From Promethearchaeota archaeon (GTDB lineage Archaea > Asgardarchaeota > Thorarchaeia > Thorarchaeales > Thorarchaeaceae), in contig WJMJ01000022.1 in NCBI GenBank assembly GCA_014728035.1, positions 64,001-128,000 on the forward strand: a stretch of DNA of 64,000 nt. The letters are read 5' to 3'. This document shows, piece by piece, positions 37,825 to 47,437 of this stretch. The notes beneath the pieces are model-generated. The model was not told the DNA's origin. It worked only from the letters and a program-made list of their open reading frames with translations, and ran no database searches. Positions within the stretch are counted from its first letter, which is position 1. The number at the start of each line of letters is the position of its first letter. A program made the position numbers and the translations under genes.

Positions 37825-38844
37825 TTGAGTATCACCATCAATCGAATGGGGATTACATTGGATAGAACAAAATCATATGCTTTAATCATATTTTTGATGC
37901 TTCTGTCAATAAGCGGGAACCATTCGCTATTTGTTACTTCACAACAATCTTCAACTCCTCAATCCTGTACGATTGCTACGTTATCGATTGGTGATTCTGT
38001 TCTCTTTGGTAACAATGAAGACTATTCCATGAAAGGAACTGCATTTTGGTTCGTTCCATCTGATACTGGTTATGGTGCAGTTATCTTTGGATACTATGGA
38101 AACTGGCATCCCGCGGATGGTTTCGCACAAGGTGGCATGAATGAAATGGGCCTTTGTTGTGATGCTAATGCTCTCTCAGATGCACCTCTAAATGCTAAAC
38201 CTGAATTGGAACCTGCTCCATTTGATTTCTTCCCGCCTATTCTGGAGGAATGTGCCACCGTTAATGATACGATTAACTGGTTCCAAACTCATGATTTCGG
38301 TCCAGTGGCCCATGGTCAATTTCACTTTGCAGACGCAAATGGTGATGCTGTCGTAATCAGCGCAGGCGAAAATGGTGAGTGGGCATTTTCTAGACTTGGT
38401 GATGATGAGTATCTACTCTCTACTAACTTCAATCTGGTGAATCCAGACAATGGCTGGCATCCCTGTTGGCGCTATGAAACAGCTGATGAGATGCTTTCTG
38501 AATTCAATCACGAGGCCAATGTGACAGTAAGTAATCTGGCAGACGTAATGCAGGCAACCATTCAGACTGGTGCATATCCTACTCAATACACAAATATCTT
38601 CAATCCAAAATCACTTGACTTCTATGTCTGGCATAATGGAGATTTTTCTGAGTATAGGATATACAATTTGGCTGATGAGTTAGAGAACCTAACTGAGATC
38701 ACATATCACAAAATTCCAGTTGAACTCGGTGAGCCAGATTGGTTCTTCCCGCCACAGCTCCCAGTATTCGTTGCAATACCTGTTGGAATTGTTGCTATTG
38801 TTTCAATTCTTATCGTCTGGTATGTAAAAAGACGACGAAAATAA
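37825..38844 (+). CDS. Membrane-anchored Ntn hydrolase (C45/choloylglycine hydrolase-like)
   Basis: Signal peptide, SCT nucleophile, GNNED, GGMNEMGL and TNF; C-terminal TM plus KRRRK. Confidence 0.8.
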   Translation: MSITINRMGITLDRTKSYALIIFLMLLSISGNHSLFVTSQQSSTPQSCTIATLSIGDSVLFGNNEDYSMKGTAFWFVPSDTGYGAVIFGYYGNWHPADGFAQGGMNEMGLCCDANALSDAPLNAKPELEPAPFDFFPPILEECATVNDTINWFQTHDFGPVAHGQFHFADANGDAVVISAGENGEWAFSRLGDDEYLLSTNFNLVNPDNGWHPCWRYETADEMLSEFNHEANVTVSNLADVMQATIQTGAYPTQYTNIFNPKSLDFYVWHNGDFSEYRIYNLADELENLTEITYHKIPVELGEPDWFFPPQLPVFVAIPVGIVAIVSILIVWYVKRRRK

Positions 38845-38855
38845 AGAAGTGATGT

Positions 38856-38908
38856 GGTTGAAGGCTAGTAGATTTGTTCTACCACTTCAACCAAATTCCA
38901 TTTTTTTT
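38856..38908. terminator. Long hairpin plus T8 between convergent genes
   Basis: GGTTGAAG..GTAGA-loop-TCTAC..CTTCAACC, then TTTTTTTT. Confidence 0.55.
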
Positions 38909-38915
38909 GGATGTT

Positions 38916-40229
38916 CTACTTGATCATAGGGTCTGGTAGTTCAAGGCCTTCGTGAGCCTTATCTTCAAAGACTTGCTTGGCAGCGACTAGTAGGCTCTTC
39001 TCAATTCCTGCTATATTGTGGTTTGTTGCGACAATAAGGTTGGCTTTCGTGATGAGGCCTTCTTCATCAGACCAGTAATTATGAATGAGTGTACCTCGTG
39101 GTGCTTCAACACATCCAACTCCTTGTCCTTTCTGTGGTTCAACATCCGATAGTTTAACATCAGTGCTGACAATTTCGGGGTCTTTGAGAAGTATCTCAAT
39201 CTCTTCGATTGCTTGTACTAATTCGATAATTCTTGCCCAATGGTATGCAAAAGTTGCATGTATTACTCGCCCAAGTTTATCCCGCATCTCCTCTAATGCT
39301 TCATTTGCTATTGGAGTGGCCATCTTATCAGCTACATTCACTCGCGCTAAAGAGTTAGCTCTCCAGATTCCTTCAGGATAACCTACTTCTTTGTAGTAGA
39401 TATGAGTGGCATAGGAGTGGTCCGAAACGTATTCACCCATGTACTTCTTGTACTGCTTTGGTTTGAAGTCTTCGACAATCTCTCCCTCTGGATTCATGAT
39501 CCGAATCTTACCGTCATAAATCTCCAAGTCGCCTTTGTTATGCATCCCTACATAGTATGTTGGTGCAATAGCTAGCTTTGTAATTGGGTCCCAGTAATCC
39601 GTAACGACCTTCTTTGCTAAATCCACGGTCTGAAGCGTCCATTCCTTGGCTTCCTTGACTCTTTCAAGGAATGTATCTCGCTTTTCTTCAGAGAATGGGT
39701 TGAGCATACCACCTGGAGTAGCTGTTACAGGATGAATTGCTTTCCCACCAACAGCTGTTATGAGTTCCTGCCCGAATTTCATGACTTGAAGTGCAAGTTT
39801 TCCAACATCAGGTAATTCCTTGATGATGGTTGCGACATTACGTCTTGCTGGATCTGCAAAAGGCCCAACAACAAAATCCGGTGCAGCAAGCGCAAAGAAG
39901 TGTAATGCGTGACTACTGTATTGTTTAGCATTGATAATCAATCTACGTAATTTGATGGCTGCCGGTGGGGGTGTGACCTTCCAAGCCTCCTCTACCGCCT
40001 TGACTGATGCAAGATGGTGGGGAACTGGACATATCCCACAGATTCGTGGTGCTATTCGTGGGGCTTCTTCTGCAAATCTACCCTCTAGGAATTTCTCAAA
40101 GAATCGTGTTGAAGATACATTAAATTGCACATCTTTGACTTTGCCATCCTTAGTCAACTTCACCGTTAGCTCGCCATGCCCCTCAAGTCGGGTAACTGGC
40201 GCAATTTTGATAGACTTTTCGTCAGTCAT
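38916..40229 (-). CDS. mvhA: F420-non-reducing [NiFe]-hydrogenase large subunit lacking the C-terminal L2 motif (VhuA-like)
   Basis: TRLEGHG, L1 RICGICP and EAPRGTLIH; no DPCxxC. Confidence 0.88.
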   Translation of the reverse strand: MTDEKSIKIAPVTRLEGHGELTVKLTKDGKVKDVQFNVSSTRFFEKFLEGRFAEEAPRIAPRICGICPVPHHLASVKAVEEAWKVTPPPAAIKLRRLIINAKQYSSHALHFFALAAPDFVVGPFADPARRNVATIIKELPDVGKLALQVMKFGQELITAVGGKAIHPVTATPGGMLNPFSEEKRDTFLERVKEAKEWTLQTVDLAKKVVTDYWDPITKLAIAPTYYVGMHNKGDLEIYDGKIRIMNPEGEIVEDFKPKQYKKYMGEYVSDHSYATHIYYKEVGYPEGIWRANSLARVNVADKMATPIANEALEEMRDKLGRVIHATFAYHWARIIELVQAIEEIEILLKDPEIVSTDVKLSDVEPQKGQGVGCVEAPRGTLIHNYWSDEEGLITKANLIVATNHNIAGIEKSLLVAAKQVFEDKAHEGLELPDPMIK

Positions 40230-41134
40230 TTTTCTTCTCGCTCCTTGTCACGAATCTTTGAAAGGTATGATGCTCCATAATCTGTGAAATAAAAACTGCC
40301 TATTGGATCTGGAAATGCTTTTTCCAATTCTTCAGGATCCATATCTGCAACAGCACCAAGAGCTGAGATTATTTTAGCTCCGTGGTCTTTGATTCCCGGT
40401 GGGGGTCCAAAGCATCCCTTACAGGGTGTATTTACTGTTGGACACTGAGCTCCACACATTCCAATGGTTGCAAAACCAAGACAGAGATATCCTTGGTCAA
40501 GTAGACATTTATCAGGATCAATCTTTCCTTCATGAGCACGATAAAACTTAGTGATATTCTTTTCTTTTCGTTCCTTGGGACATTCATCACAGACCGTCTT
40601 TGTCGGGAGGTCAAATGGCTTTCCAGTTAGAAGAGCTGATAATGCTTCAAGTGTGTTCTCGCTTGTTGGAGGGCAACCCGGTAGAGGAACATCAAACTTG
40701 ACAATCTCTGTATTTGGTACAATACTCTCGGTGAAACCTGGCATTTCTTCTTCAGGAATTCTACCATCTTCTACGGTATCCGCTTCCAGAAACTTTCTTT
40801 CAAGTAATTCCTTCAATTCCCACTGATTACCAAGTCCTTGAACTCCTCCATAACACGAACAAGAGCCCCAAGCTACGAGTATTTTCGCTTTCTTCCGCAT
40901 TACCTTTAGCAAGTGAAGATCTTCTTTGGTCCTGCAGCTGCCTTCTACCAACCCAATATGGATTGATCCATCGGGCATTGATTCTAAGTCTTTAAGTTTG
41001 AAATCAACAACAGCTGGCCAATAAACAATCTCCAATTGTGGGAGGACTTCTAATAATTTGAGGTGTAAATCCACTAGTGCTTGGTCGCAGCCCCAACACG
41101 ATGTTAGTTGTGCAAGAGCGATTCTCTTTACCAC
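40226..41134 (-). CDS. mvhG: F420-non-reducing hydrogenase small subunit
   Basis: SCWGC, EGS, GSCS, PGCPP, VCDECP, CLL.QG.LCLG and CKGCFGP. Confidence 0.9.
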   Translation of the reverse strand: MVKRIALAQLTSCWGCDQALVDLHLKLLEVLPQLEIVYWPAVVDFKLKDLESMPDGSIHIGLVEGSCRTKEDLHLLKVMRKKAKILVAWGSCSCYGGVQGLGNQWELKELLERKFLEADTVEDGRIPEEEMPGFTESIVPNTEIVKFDVPLPGCPPTSENTLEALSALLTGKPFDLPTKTVCDECPKERKEKNITKFYRAHEGKIDPDKCLLDQGYLCLGFATIGMCGAQCPTVNTPCKGCFGPPPGIKDHGAKIISALGAVADMDPEELEKAFPDPIGSFYFTDYGASYLSKIRDKEREEK

Positions 41135-41136
41135 TT

Positions 41137-41607
41137 CTATTCACCTATTCCTGCTGGGTTCGGTCCGAGTTTCTTAACGGTTTCAACCATGATTTTTACA
41201 CCTTCTGTAAATACGTCTCCTTCTGCAGCGCTGGCCCATTGTAGTCTTATGCGGTCAGGTTCAATGCCTGCTGCTTCCACCATCTTTTGAAGCAGTGCAA
41301 AACGTGCACGCATCTTCAAATTGCCTGTGGAATAATGGCAGTCTCCTGGATGACAGCCAGAGATGAGTACTCCGTCTGCTCCTTGATTGAGTGCGTCTAG
41401 GATGAATGAAGGGTCAATTCTACCTGTACAGTTCACTCGGATAATCCGAACATTCGGTGGCATTTGCAATCTGCTTGTGCCTGCCAGGTCTGCGCCTGCA
41501 TAACTGCACCAATTGCAACAAAACGCAACAATACGCGGCTCAAAACCTGAACCCTTCTTGCGTTTGGATTTCGTTGCTGTCTTGGATCTTTGTGAAGTTG
41601 CTGTCAA
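41137..41607 (-). CDS. mvhD: Hydrogenase iron-sulfur subunit (Cys form)
   Basis: FCCNWCSYAGADLAG, CTGRID, GCHPGDCHY and WASAAEG. Confidence 0.94.
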   Translation of the reverse strand: MTATSQRSKTATKSKRKKGSGFEPRIVAFCCNWCSYAGADLAGTSRLQMPPNVRIIRVNCTGRIDPSFILDALNQGADGVLISGCHPGDCHYSTGNLKMRARFALLQKMVEAAGIEPDRIRLQWASAAEGDVFTEGVKIMVETVKKLGPNPAGIGE

Positions 41608-41767
41608 GTTCGTGGGACCTCCCGCGGACAGTTTAGCTCCGGTTCGCTGTCACTCTATTAAGATTGCCGGATTGGTAGCTTATTTTCAACATTTCAGATG
41701 TCAAAAGCTATCCTTTTTAATCTGGATTGAGAAGTGTATCATGTCCATGGATATTGGAGATAATAGC

Positions 41768-42001
41768 ATGATAATGGCATTCATTATGGCAAAAGTAGAC
41801 TCGCCAAAAGCGAGAGAAGTCTTAGAAAAAGTAAGAAGTCTAGATGAGGTCCAAGAGGCATTCCTCATTTATGGCGCATATGACTTGATTGTTCAGGGTC
41901 AATTCAAAAATCCAGAGGCACTGAGTGCATTTGTTGTTGACCGGCTGCGTGCAATAGAAGGCATCCATGACACTACTACAAATGTCTGTGCTACTTGTTA
42001 A
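41768..42001 (+). CDS. Lrp/AsnC ligand-binding (RAM) domain protein
   Basis: YGAYDLIV..LRAIEGI..TTT; ATG 41768 with GGAGA RBS. Confidence 0.85.
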   Translation: MIMAFIMAKVDSPKAREVLEKVRSLDEVQEAFLIYGAYDLIVQGQFKNPEALSAFVVDRLRAIEGIHDTTTNVCATC

Positions 42002-42019
42002 ACAAAGGAGAATTCACAT

Positions 42020-42340
42020 TTGGTTACTGAAGTTCACAGCAAAAGGATATACAAGTTCAAACCTCGTTTCGGAGCTCAAGTTCAGATGACAGCAGCAGAA
42101 ATAAGATCCGCTATCTTGAATTTGGGAAGTCAAATAACTGGTGCTAAGTATACGGTTGAGGTTCTTTCAGAAAAAGACGACTCGATTGAGGTTTATTGCA
42201 TAGCTCCTACTGGTCAGCTTGTCTATGAGATGGATTCAAAGTTGATGTTTAAAATTCTAAACTTCTGTGAAAAGACTAATCTTGATTTTAGTGTTGGAGA
42301 ACTGAAAGCAAAGACCCCGGATATGGAAGAGTGGGAGTAG
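42020..42340 (+). CDS. Hypothetical protein
   Basis: 106-aa ORF with AGGAG RBS. Confidence 0.65.
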   Translation: MVTEVHSKRIYKFKPRFGAQVQMTAAEIRSAILNLGSQITGAKYTVEVLSEKDDSIEVYCIAPTGQLVYEMDSKLMFKILNFCEKTNLDFSVGELKAKTPDMEEWE

Positions 42341-42347
42341 CTTCAAC

Positions 42348-44231
42348 CTACTCCTTCTTCCTAATTTTATCTTTTTCAAGTCCTAGTCTTTCTAAGGTTT
42401 CATCGCGCGGCAGACCCGTTTCGATATCCCACCCTCTTCGTTCATAATATTCATCAAGCATCTGATTCAGTTCTACTACTTCTCCTTTATTCGGGCCAAG
42501 AGGCGCTGGCTCGTGAGTCAATCGTTTTGGTAATTGGTCGTCCTGTCTTGTTATTCCCAATCTCATATTGAATAGTCGATTAAGATTTACAATTCTCTCT
42601 CCAATTATCTGGAGTTCCTCTCCAGTAAATTCGAGACCTGTATGAACTTTTAGTGCTAGAGCGACATCTTCATAGTAGAACTCTGGAGGAATCTGTGTTC
42701 CATATTTACAGAGGCCAACACTCTCAATCATGACCATGAAATCCTCACATTCCTTTACCATGATGCCTTTGTATGTTGGATTCAAACGTTCAGCCATCTC
42801 AGGAAGGTATTCTTCACCAAACCTCTCTTTGATCTCATCATCAAATCCAGCTTCATCCAAAACCGGAAATGCATATAGATGGTCTGCACCCCGTGCAGCA
42901 GTAACCGCTGCCAATCCCATGGATTTCTGTGCCCTTGGTTCTTGTCCTGCAATCTCTTGCTTCTTAACTGCCATTACGAACTTTTCAGATCCTTTTCCGA
43001 TTTTCTGAGCTGCTCGGAAACTCCCTTCAGCTAGGATGTCACCAAAGCCTTCTCTCAATGCTATCATCTTTGTTAGTTTGACTACGGTTTCATGATTACC
43101 CCAACCGAGATCAATGCCATCCGTGTCTTCAGCTGTGATAATTCCCTCGTCCCAAGCTTCCATTGCCCATGAGATTGTTGCACCTAATGAAATAGTGTCC
43201 ATTCCGTATTGATTTGCCAAGTGATGAGAATAGAGTACTGACTCAACATTGTCGTTTCCACAACGAGAACCAAGTGATGATTGAGACTCGAATTCTGGAG
43301 AGCCTCCCTCGTACTTGTATGGTCCTGTTGGAACTGCGGTATATCGTCCACATCTTTGTAAACAGCTCCAATCGGCCCTAGGTTTCACGAGATAGTCCTT
43401 TGTAATGGTTTCTCCACTAATAGCTTCATACCCGTCAAACACCCCTTGACGCATGTTGTAGCTCGGTAATCGTCCGATATGTTGCATCAATTCAACTAGA
43501 TTCGTTGTACCATATCGTGCACGTTCAGGTGTGAATGGATTGGCTAGCATACGCTTGTAGAATTCATCCATGCGTTCGAGATACTCTTTTGGTTCTGCGA
43601 CCTCTATTTTTCCAGTTCCTCTTACCACGATAGCTTTGATTTTTTTAGAACCCATAACTGCTCCGAGACCCGACCTAGCTGATGCTCTGTCTCTATCATT
43701 CATCACTGCGGCAAATCTGACTAAATTCTCTCCTGCTTGTCCTATAGATAGTACTCTGCTCTTTCGACCATGCTTCTCTCTGAGATAGTCGTCTGTGGTA
43801 AAGACATCGGTTCCCCATATTTCATCAGCGCTTTCTAATGTTACATTCTCATTGTGAATGTTAAGATAAACCGGTTCTTTTGATGCTCCTGTAAAGAATA
43901 CTGCATCATATCCAGCTAGCTTGATCTCTGTTCCCCAGAAACCTGCAGAATGACTCTCTCCCCAGACATTGGTTAAAGGGGAAAGGGCAGCTACTACTAT
44001 TCTTGAGGCTTGTGGAAACATAGAGCCTGTAAGCAATCCTGTTGCAACACCAAGGACATTTTTCGGTGAGAGTGGATCGATGTCTGGAGAAATCTCGTCA
44101 TACAATACTCGCGATAGGTATCCTGCTCCAAGAAGGTATTTTTTGATAGTCTCTTCAGGAATCGGTTTCTTTTCCACTTCACTTTTTGTCAAGTTGACCC
44201 ATAATATCTCTCCACCTACACCTTTTATCAA
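42348..44231 (-). CDS. Tungsten aldehyde:ferredoxin oxidoreductase family enzyme 1
   Basis: SPLT, GQAGENLV, RSGLGAVMGSKK, GMDTIS, EPRA, RGADHL and ESVGLC. Confidence 0.92.
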   Translation of the reverse strand: MIKGVGGEILWVNLTKSEVEKKPIPEETIKKYLLGAGYLSRVLYDEISPDIDPLSPKNVLGVATGLLTGSMFPQASRIVVAALSPLTNVWGESHSAGFWGTEIKLAGYDAVFFTGASKEPVYLNIHNENVTLESADEIWGTDVFTTDDYLREKHGRKSRVLSIGQAGENLVRFAAVMNDRDRASARSGLGAVMGSKKIKAIVVRGTGKIEVAEPKEYLERMDEFYKRMLANPFTPERARYGTTNLVELMQHIGRLPSYNMRQGVFDGYEAISGETITKDYLVKPRADWSCLQRCGRYTAVPTGPYKYEGGSPEFESQSSLGSRCGNDNVESVLYSHHLANQYGMDTISLGATISWAMEAWDEGIITAEDTDGIDLGWGNHETVVKLTKMIALREGFGDILAEGSFRAAQKIGKGSEKFVMAVKKQEIAGQEPRAQKSMGLAAVTAARGADHLYAFPVLDEAGFDDEIKERFGEEYLPEMAERLNPTYKGIMVKECEDFMVMIESVGLCKYGTQIPPEFYYEDVALALKVHTGLEFTGEELQIIGERIVNLNRLFNMRLGITRQDDQLPKRLTHEPAPLGPNKGEVVELNQMLDEYYERRGWDIETGLPRDETLERLGLEKDKIRKKE

Positions 44232-44725
44232 GATTCTACCTCCTTATTGTAGAGAACTTCACTATGCTCTTCATGAAGATTCAGAATTCGGTTGTCTGAA
44301 TCTTTTTCTTTCAATTCTCTCTCGGTTGTTAACCATATTGCGTCTACTGGGCATCTTTCAACACAGGCTTCACACTGTATACATTTGAAGGCCTTCCCCG
44401 TATCTGGATGGATTCTGATTGCAAAATATGGACATGCTTCAACGCATGCGCCTGTGCCATCACATTTTCTATTATTGACTATAACCACTCCTTTGGATGT
44501 ACGCATCAATGCTTCATTCGGGCATGCCTCTATACAAGGAGCATCTTCACAGTTTCTACAAAAAACCGGAAAATCCAAACCTGGTTCTATTCGTTCTGCT
44601 CGTACCCTTGATCTCTCAGGACTAATGACTTTGTAAAATTTCATGCTGCACACATTGACACATATCATACATCCTGTGCATATATGGGGGTCTCCAATAA
44701 CAAACTGTAGTTCACTCATATTCAT
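44228..44725 (-). CDS. 4x[4Fe-4S] electron-transfer subunit (AorA/DmsB-like)
   Basis: CTGCMIC, CRNCEDAPCIEACP, CVEACP and KCIQC..CVERCP. Confidence 0.9.
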   Translation of the reverse strand: MNMSELQFVIGDPHICTGCMICVNVCSMKFYKVISPERSRVRAERIEPGLDFPVFCRNCEDAPCIEACPNEALMRTSKGVVIVNNRKCDGTGACVEACPYFAIRIHPDTGKAFKCIQCEACVERCPVDAIWLTTERELKEKDSDNRILNLHEEHSEVLYNKEVES

Positions 44726-46092
44726 GCTTCCTCCTCAATTGTTCTTCCTCCCATTGGCTGGTATTGACCATAACCTGGCTTAACCAATATCTTTCCGTCT
44801 TCATAGACTGGTAATCCTCTCACTAGAGTCATCAAAGGTACACCCTTCATCTTCAAACCTTCATAGATTGTCCAATCGCATTTTGAGAGCATCATATCGG
44901 AAGTAATCTTTTCTTCCTTTGTCTGGTCTACTATTACTATATCTGCATCGGATCCTACCTGTAACACTCCTTTTTTGGGATATAATCCAAATATCTTCGC
45001 AGGATTTTTTGATGCTACTTGTACCAACTTCTGGATAGAGATTCGGGCTTTATTGACACCCTCGGAGAGTAGAACACGTAGAATCATCTGAATTCCATCC
45101 ACTCCTGACCATGCTTGTCGAATATCATCCTTTCCTAGTTCTTTCTTTTCGATTGGACTGGGTGCATGATCACTTACTGTTATGTCTATCATTCCTCTAA
45201 GAAGCGCAGACCAAAGCTCTGCACGATCCTGTTTTGATCTTAGCGGCGGATTCATTTTGCTCCTTGGTCCGATTCTGTTCATCTCATCCCGGTGGAACAC
45301 TAGATGATGTGGACAGACCTCTGTGGTTACCATCACACCACTAAGTTTTCCTTTCTCTATTTCTCGTACCCCCTCTCGGGTGGATATGTGGGCTATGTGT
45401 AGATGTCCTCCAGTTTGTTCAGCGATACCTATAACCTGTCGAACTGCTAGTTGTTCTGCCAGATTGGGGCGTGAGAGCGAATGACTAACAGGTGCATCCC
45501 ATTCATTCTTCATGTCTTTGCTGAATTCATCAAGCACTCCTTGGTCTTCACAATGAACCGTGATATGTCCTCCGTTGACTGAAACTTCACTAAGTAATCG
45601 TGTTAGTACCCCGGTGTTTGTATAGAATGGTTCGCAAGTGAATGCTTTGAAAGCAGCTGCACCTCTTGCAATCATCTCTGGTATCACTGGATAATTGAAC
45701 TCGTTCATCATACCTACATTGAATGAGAAATCAGTTATTGAGAGTCTAGACCCATCATCTATCTTTTCTTGTAAGAGTGTAGGTGTGTCCATTTGACTGA
45801 CTAAAGGCATATCGATGATGGTTGTTACTCCACCTGCTGCGGCTGCAAATGATCCTGGTGTAAACTCTTCGTGGTCAAGCATTCCTCTATCATGGATATG
45901 TGCATGTCCATCTATAAGACCCGGCAATACCAGCTTCTGTTTGGCGTCAATGACTCTATCACCTTGAGGCAGATGATTATCTGTTGCAATAATACAAATG
46001 GTTCCATTTTTTATTCCGATACCTCCCTGGACAATTCCTGATTCGAGAACCAATTTTCCATTTGTAATGACTGTGTCAACTGGTTTATTCAA
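44722..46092 (-). CDS. Cyclic amidohydrolase (allantoinase/dihydropyrimidinase/dihydroorotase family)
   Basis: DGHAH, AAAGGVTTIIDMP, FKAF, HCE, HIAH, NPPLR and SDHAP; TTG 46092 with GGAGG RBS. Confidence 0.9.
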   Translation of the reverse strand: MNKPVDTVITNGKLVLESGIVQGGIGIKNGTICIIATDNHLPQGDRVIDAKQKLVLPGLIDGHAHIHDRGMLDHEEFTPGSFAAAAGGVTTIIDMPLVSQMDTPTLLQEKIDDGSRLSITDFSFNVGMMNEFNYPVIPEMIARGAAAFKAFTCEPFYTNTGVLTRLLSEVSVNGGHITVHCEDQGVLDEFSKDMKNEWDAPVSHSLSRPNLAEQLAVRQVIGIAEQTGGHLHIAHISTREGVREIEKGKLSGVMVTTEVCPHHLVFHRDEMNRIGPRSKMNPPLRSKQDRAELWSALLRGMIDITVSDHAPSPIEKKELGKDDIRQAWSGVDGIQMILRVLLSEGVNKARISIQKLVQVASKNPAKIFGLYPKKGVLQVGSDADIVIVDQTKEEKITSDMMLSKCDWTIYEGLKMKGVPLMTLVRGLPVYEDGKILVKPGYGQYQPMGGRTIEEEA

Positions 46093-46387
46093 ACTTGTTT
46101 CCTCCTCCAATTGGTGGAAATAGTGCTACAGCATCTCCATCGGAAAGTTTTGTATCATAGCCATCTAGAAGTTCGATTCGTTTTCCGTTTATCATGCAGG
46201 AGAAAAAGCGTTTCAATCTCTCTCCTTCTTCATTAAAAACGGTCTCGACAAATTCTCTTCCAAATCTGTCTTTGAGTTTATCCAAAAGTTCTTTGATTGT
46301 TTCTGCTTGCAATTCAATCTTACTCACACCAGTAACACTACGAATTGTTGCAAAGAACTTGACAGTGACCTTGGCCAAATTGAACAC
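46085..46387 (-). CDS. MoaD/SAMP ubiquitin-like sulfur carrier with C-terminal extension
   Basis: VKFFATIR, ING, L.DGD.VALFPPIGGG followed by NKFE. Confidence 0.88.
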   Translation of the reverse strand: MFNLAKVTVKFFATIRSVTGVSKIELQAETIKELLDKLKDRFGREFVETVFNEEGERLKRFFSCMINGKRIELLDGYDTKLSDGDAVALFPPIGGGNKFE

Positions 46388-46482
46388 CTACTAGACAAAT
46401 ACGGAAGGCCGATTTAATAGTTAGGAAATGATTCCTCCATAGAAATATAGGGGACAAATCTCTAATTTCTACATCAAACATC

Positions 46483-47388
46483 ATGGAGTTAATACCAGTG
46501 GAGATTGTTGTTGTAGGTCATCTAAGCCGTGATCTTATTATCACACCTGAAGCTGAACGTGAAAGCTTGGGTGGAGCTCCTGCATATGCAATGATAGCAC
46601 CATCTATTGGTGCACTAGGAGCTGGGATCGTGACTCGTATCGGTACAGATTTCGAGCAATCATATCTGGATGATCTCCACGATGGGGGACTCGACCTTAC
46701 TGGCCTACGTACTAGCCAAGGTTCTTCTACACGATTTGTGAATATCTACGATGAGAAAGGAAATAGAACCCAAAGGGTCTCATCTCTAGCTCCACCAATT
46801 CATGGATATGATTATTTACCGCGTCATCTGGGTGCATCCATTTTCCATTTTGCACCTCTTACTTCCGAGGAGATTCATATATCCTGTATTGAAACAGCTA
46901 AGAGTTCTGGTGCTTTGGTATCGCTTGATGTTCAGGGATATCTCAGAGAGGTTCAAAATGAGGAGGTCTTGCTAACACCCTGGGACTATCCTGATGAAGT
47001 TCTTAGATTTGTGGATATTGTAAAAGCTGAAGAAACCGAACTGGAATATCTTTCAGATGCAAAGACCGAGGTTTCAGCAATCTCCCGGATAGTTAGTTTA
47101 GGCCCTAGGATTGTAATCATTACTCGTAGCCAGAAAGGATCGACAATTTATACCAGAAATAACCATGTTGACATCCCCTTAGTTTTAGCTAACAAATTTG
47201 TTGACAGCACCGGATGTGGGGACGTATACTCGATCAGTTTTCTTCTGGAATATATGAGAACCGGGGATGTAGGAAAAGCCGGACTATTTGGAGCGACGTG
47301 TGCATCCTTTAATCTCGAAACACAGGGCCCGTACAATCTCCCTACTAGAGACCAGGTAGAGGAACGGATGAAACCCTATCATGCCTGA
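46483..47388 (+). CDS. PfkB-family carbohydrate/nucleoside kinase
   Basis: LGGAPAY, LDVQG and DSTGCGD. Confidence 0.88.
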   Translation: MELIPVEIVVVGHLSRDLIITPEAERESLGGAPAYAMIAPSIGALGAGIVTRIGTDFEQSYLDDLHDGGLDLTGLRTSQGSSTRFVNIYDEKGNRTQRVSSLAPPIHGYDYLPRHLGASIFHFAPLTSEEIHISCIETAKSSGALVSLDVQGYLREVQNEEVLLTPWDYPDEVLRFVDIVKAEETELEYLSDAKTEVSAISRIVSLGPRIVIITRSQKGSTIYTRNNHVDIPLVLANKFVDSTGCGDVYSISFLLEYMRTGDVGKAGLFGATCASFNLETQGPYNLPTRDQVEERMKPYHA

Positions 47389-47437
47389 ATGCGAAGTATT
47401 TTTCATATGTATTTACTCACTGTAGACTCGTCATTAG

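Noticed and set aside
38856-38892. Hairpin after mvhA as a SECIS element
   Set aside because: No tandem GA/GA non-canonical quartet, no in-frame UGA in the operon, and it has a T8 tail between convergent genes, so a terminator is more likely
41513-41767. N-terminal extension of the 162-aa ORF
   Set aside because: It overlaps mvhD antisense; the real RAM-domain gene starts at ATG 41768 with an RBS
38845-41770. Search for a vhuU micro-ORF beside the hydrogenase operon
   Set aside because: No DP[U/C]xxC-coding frame was seen in either flank
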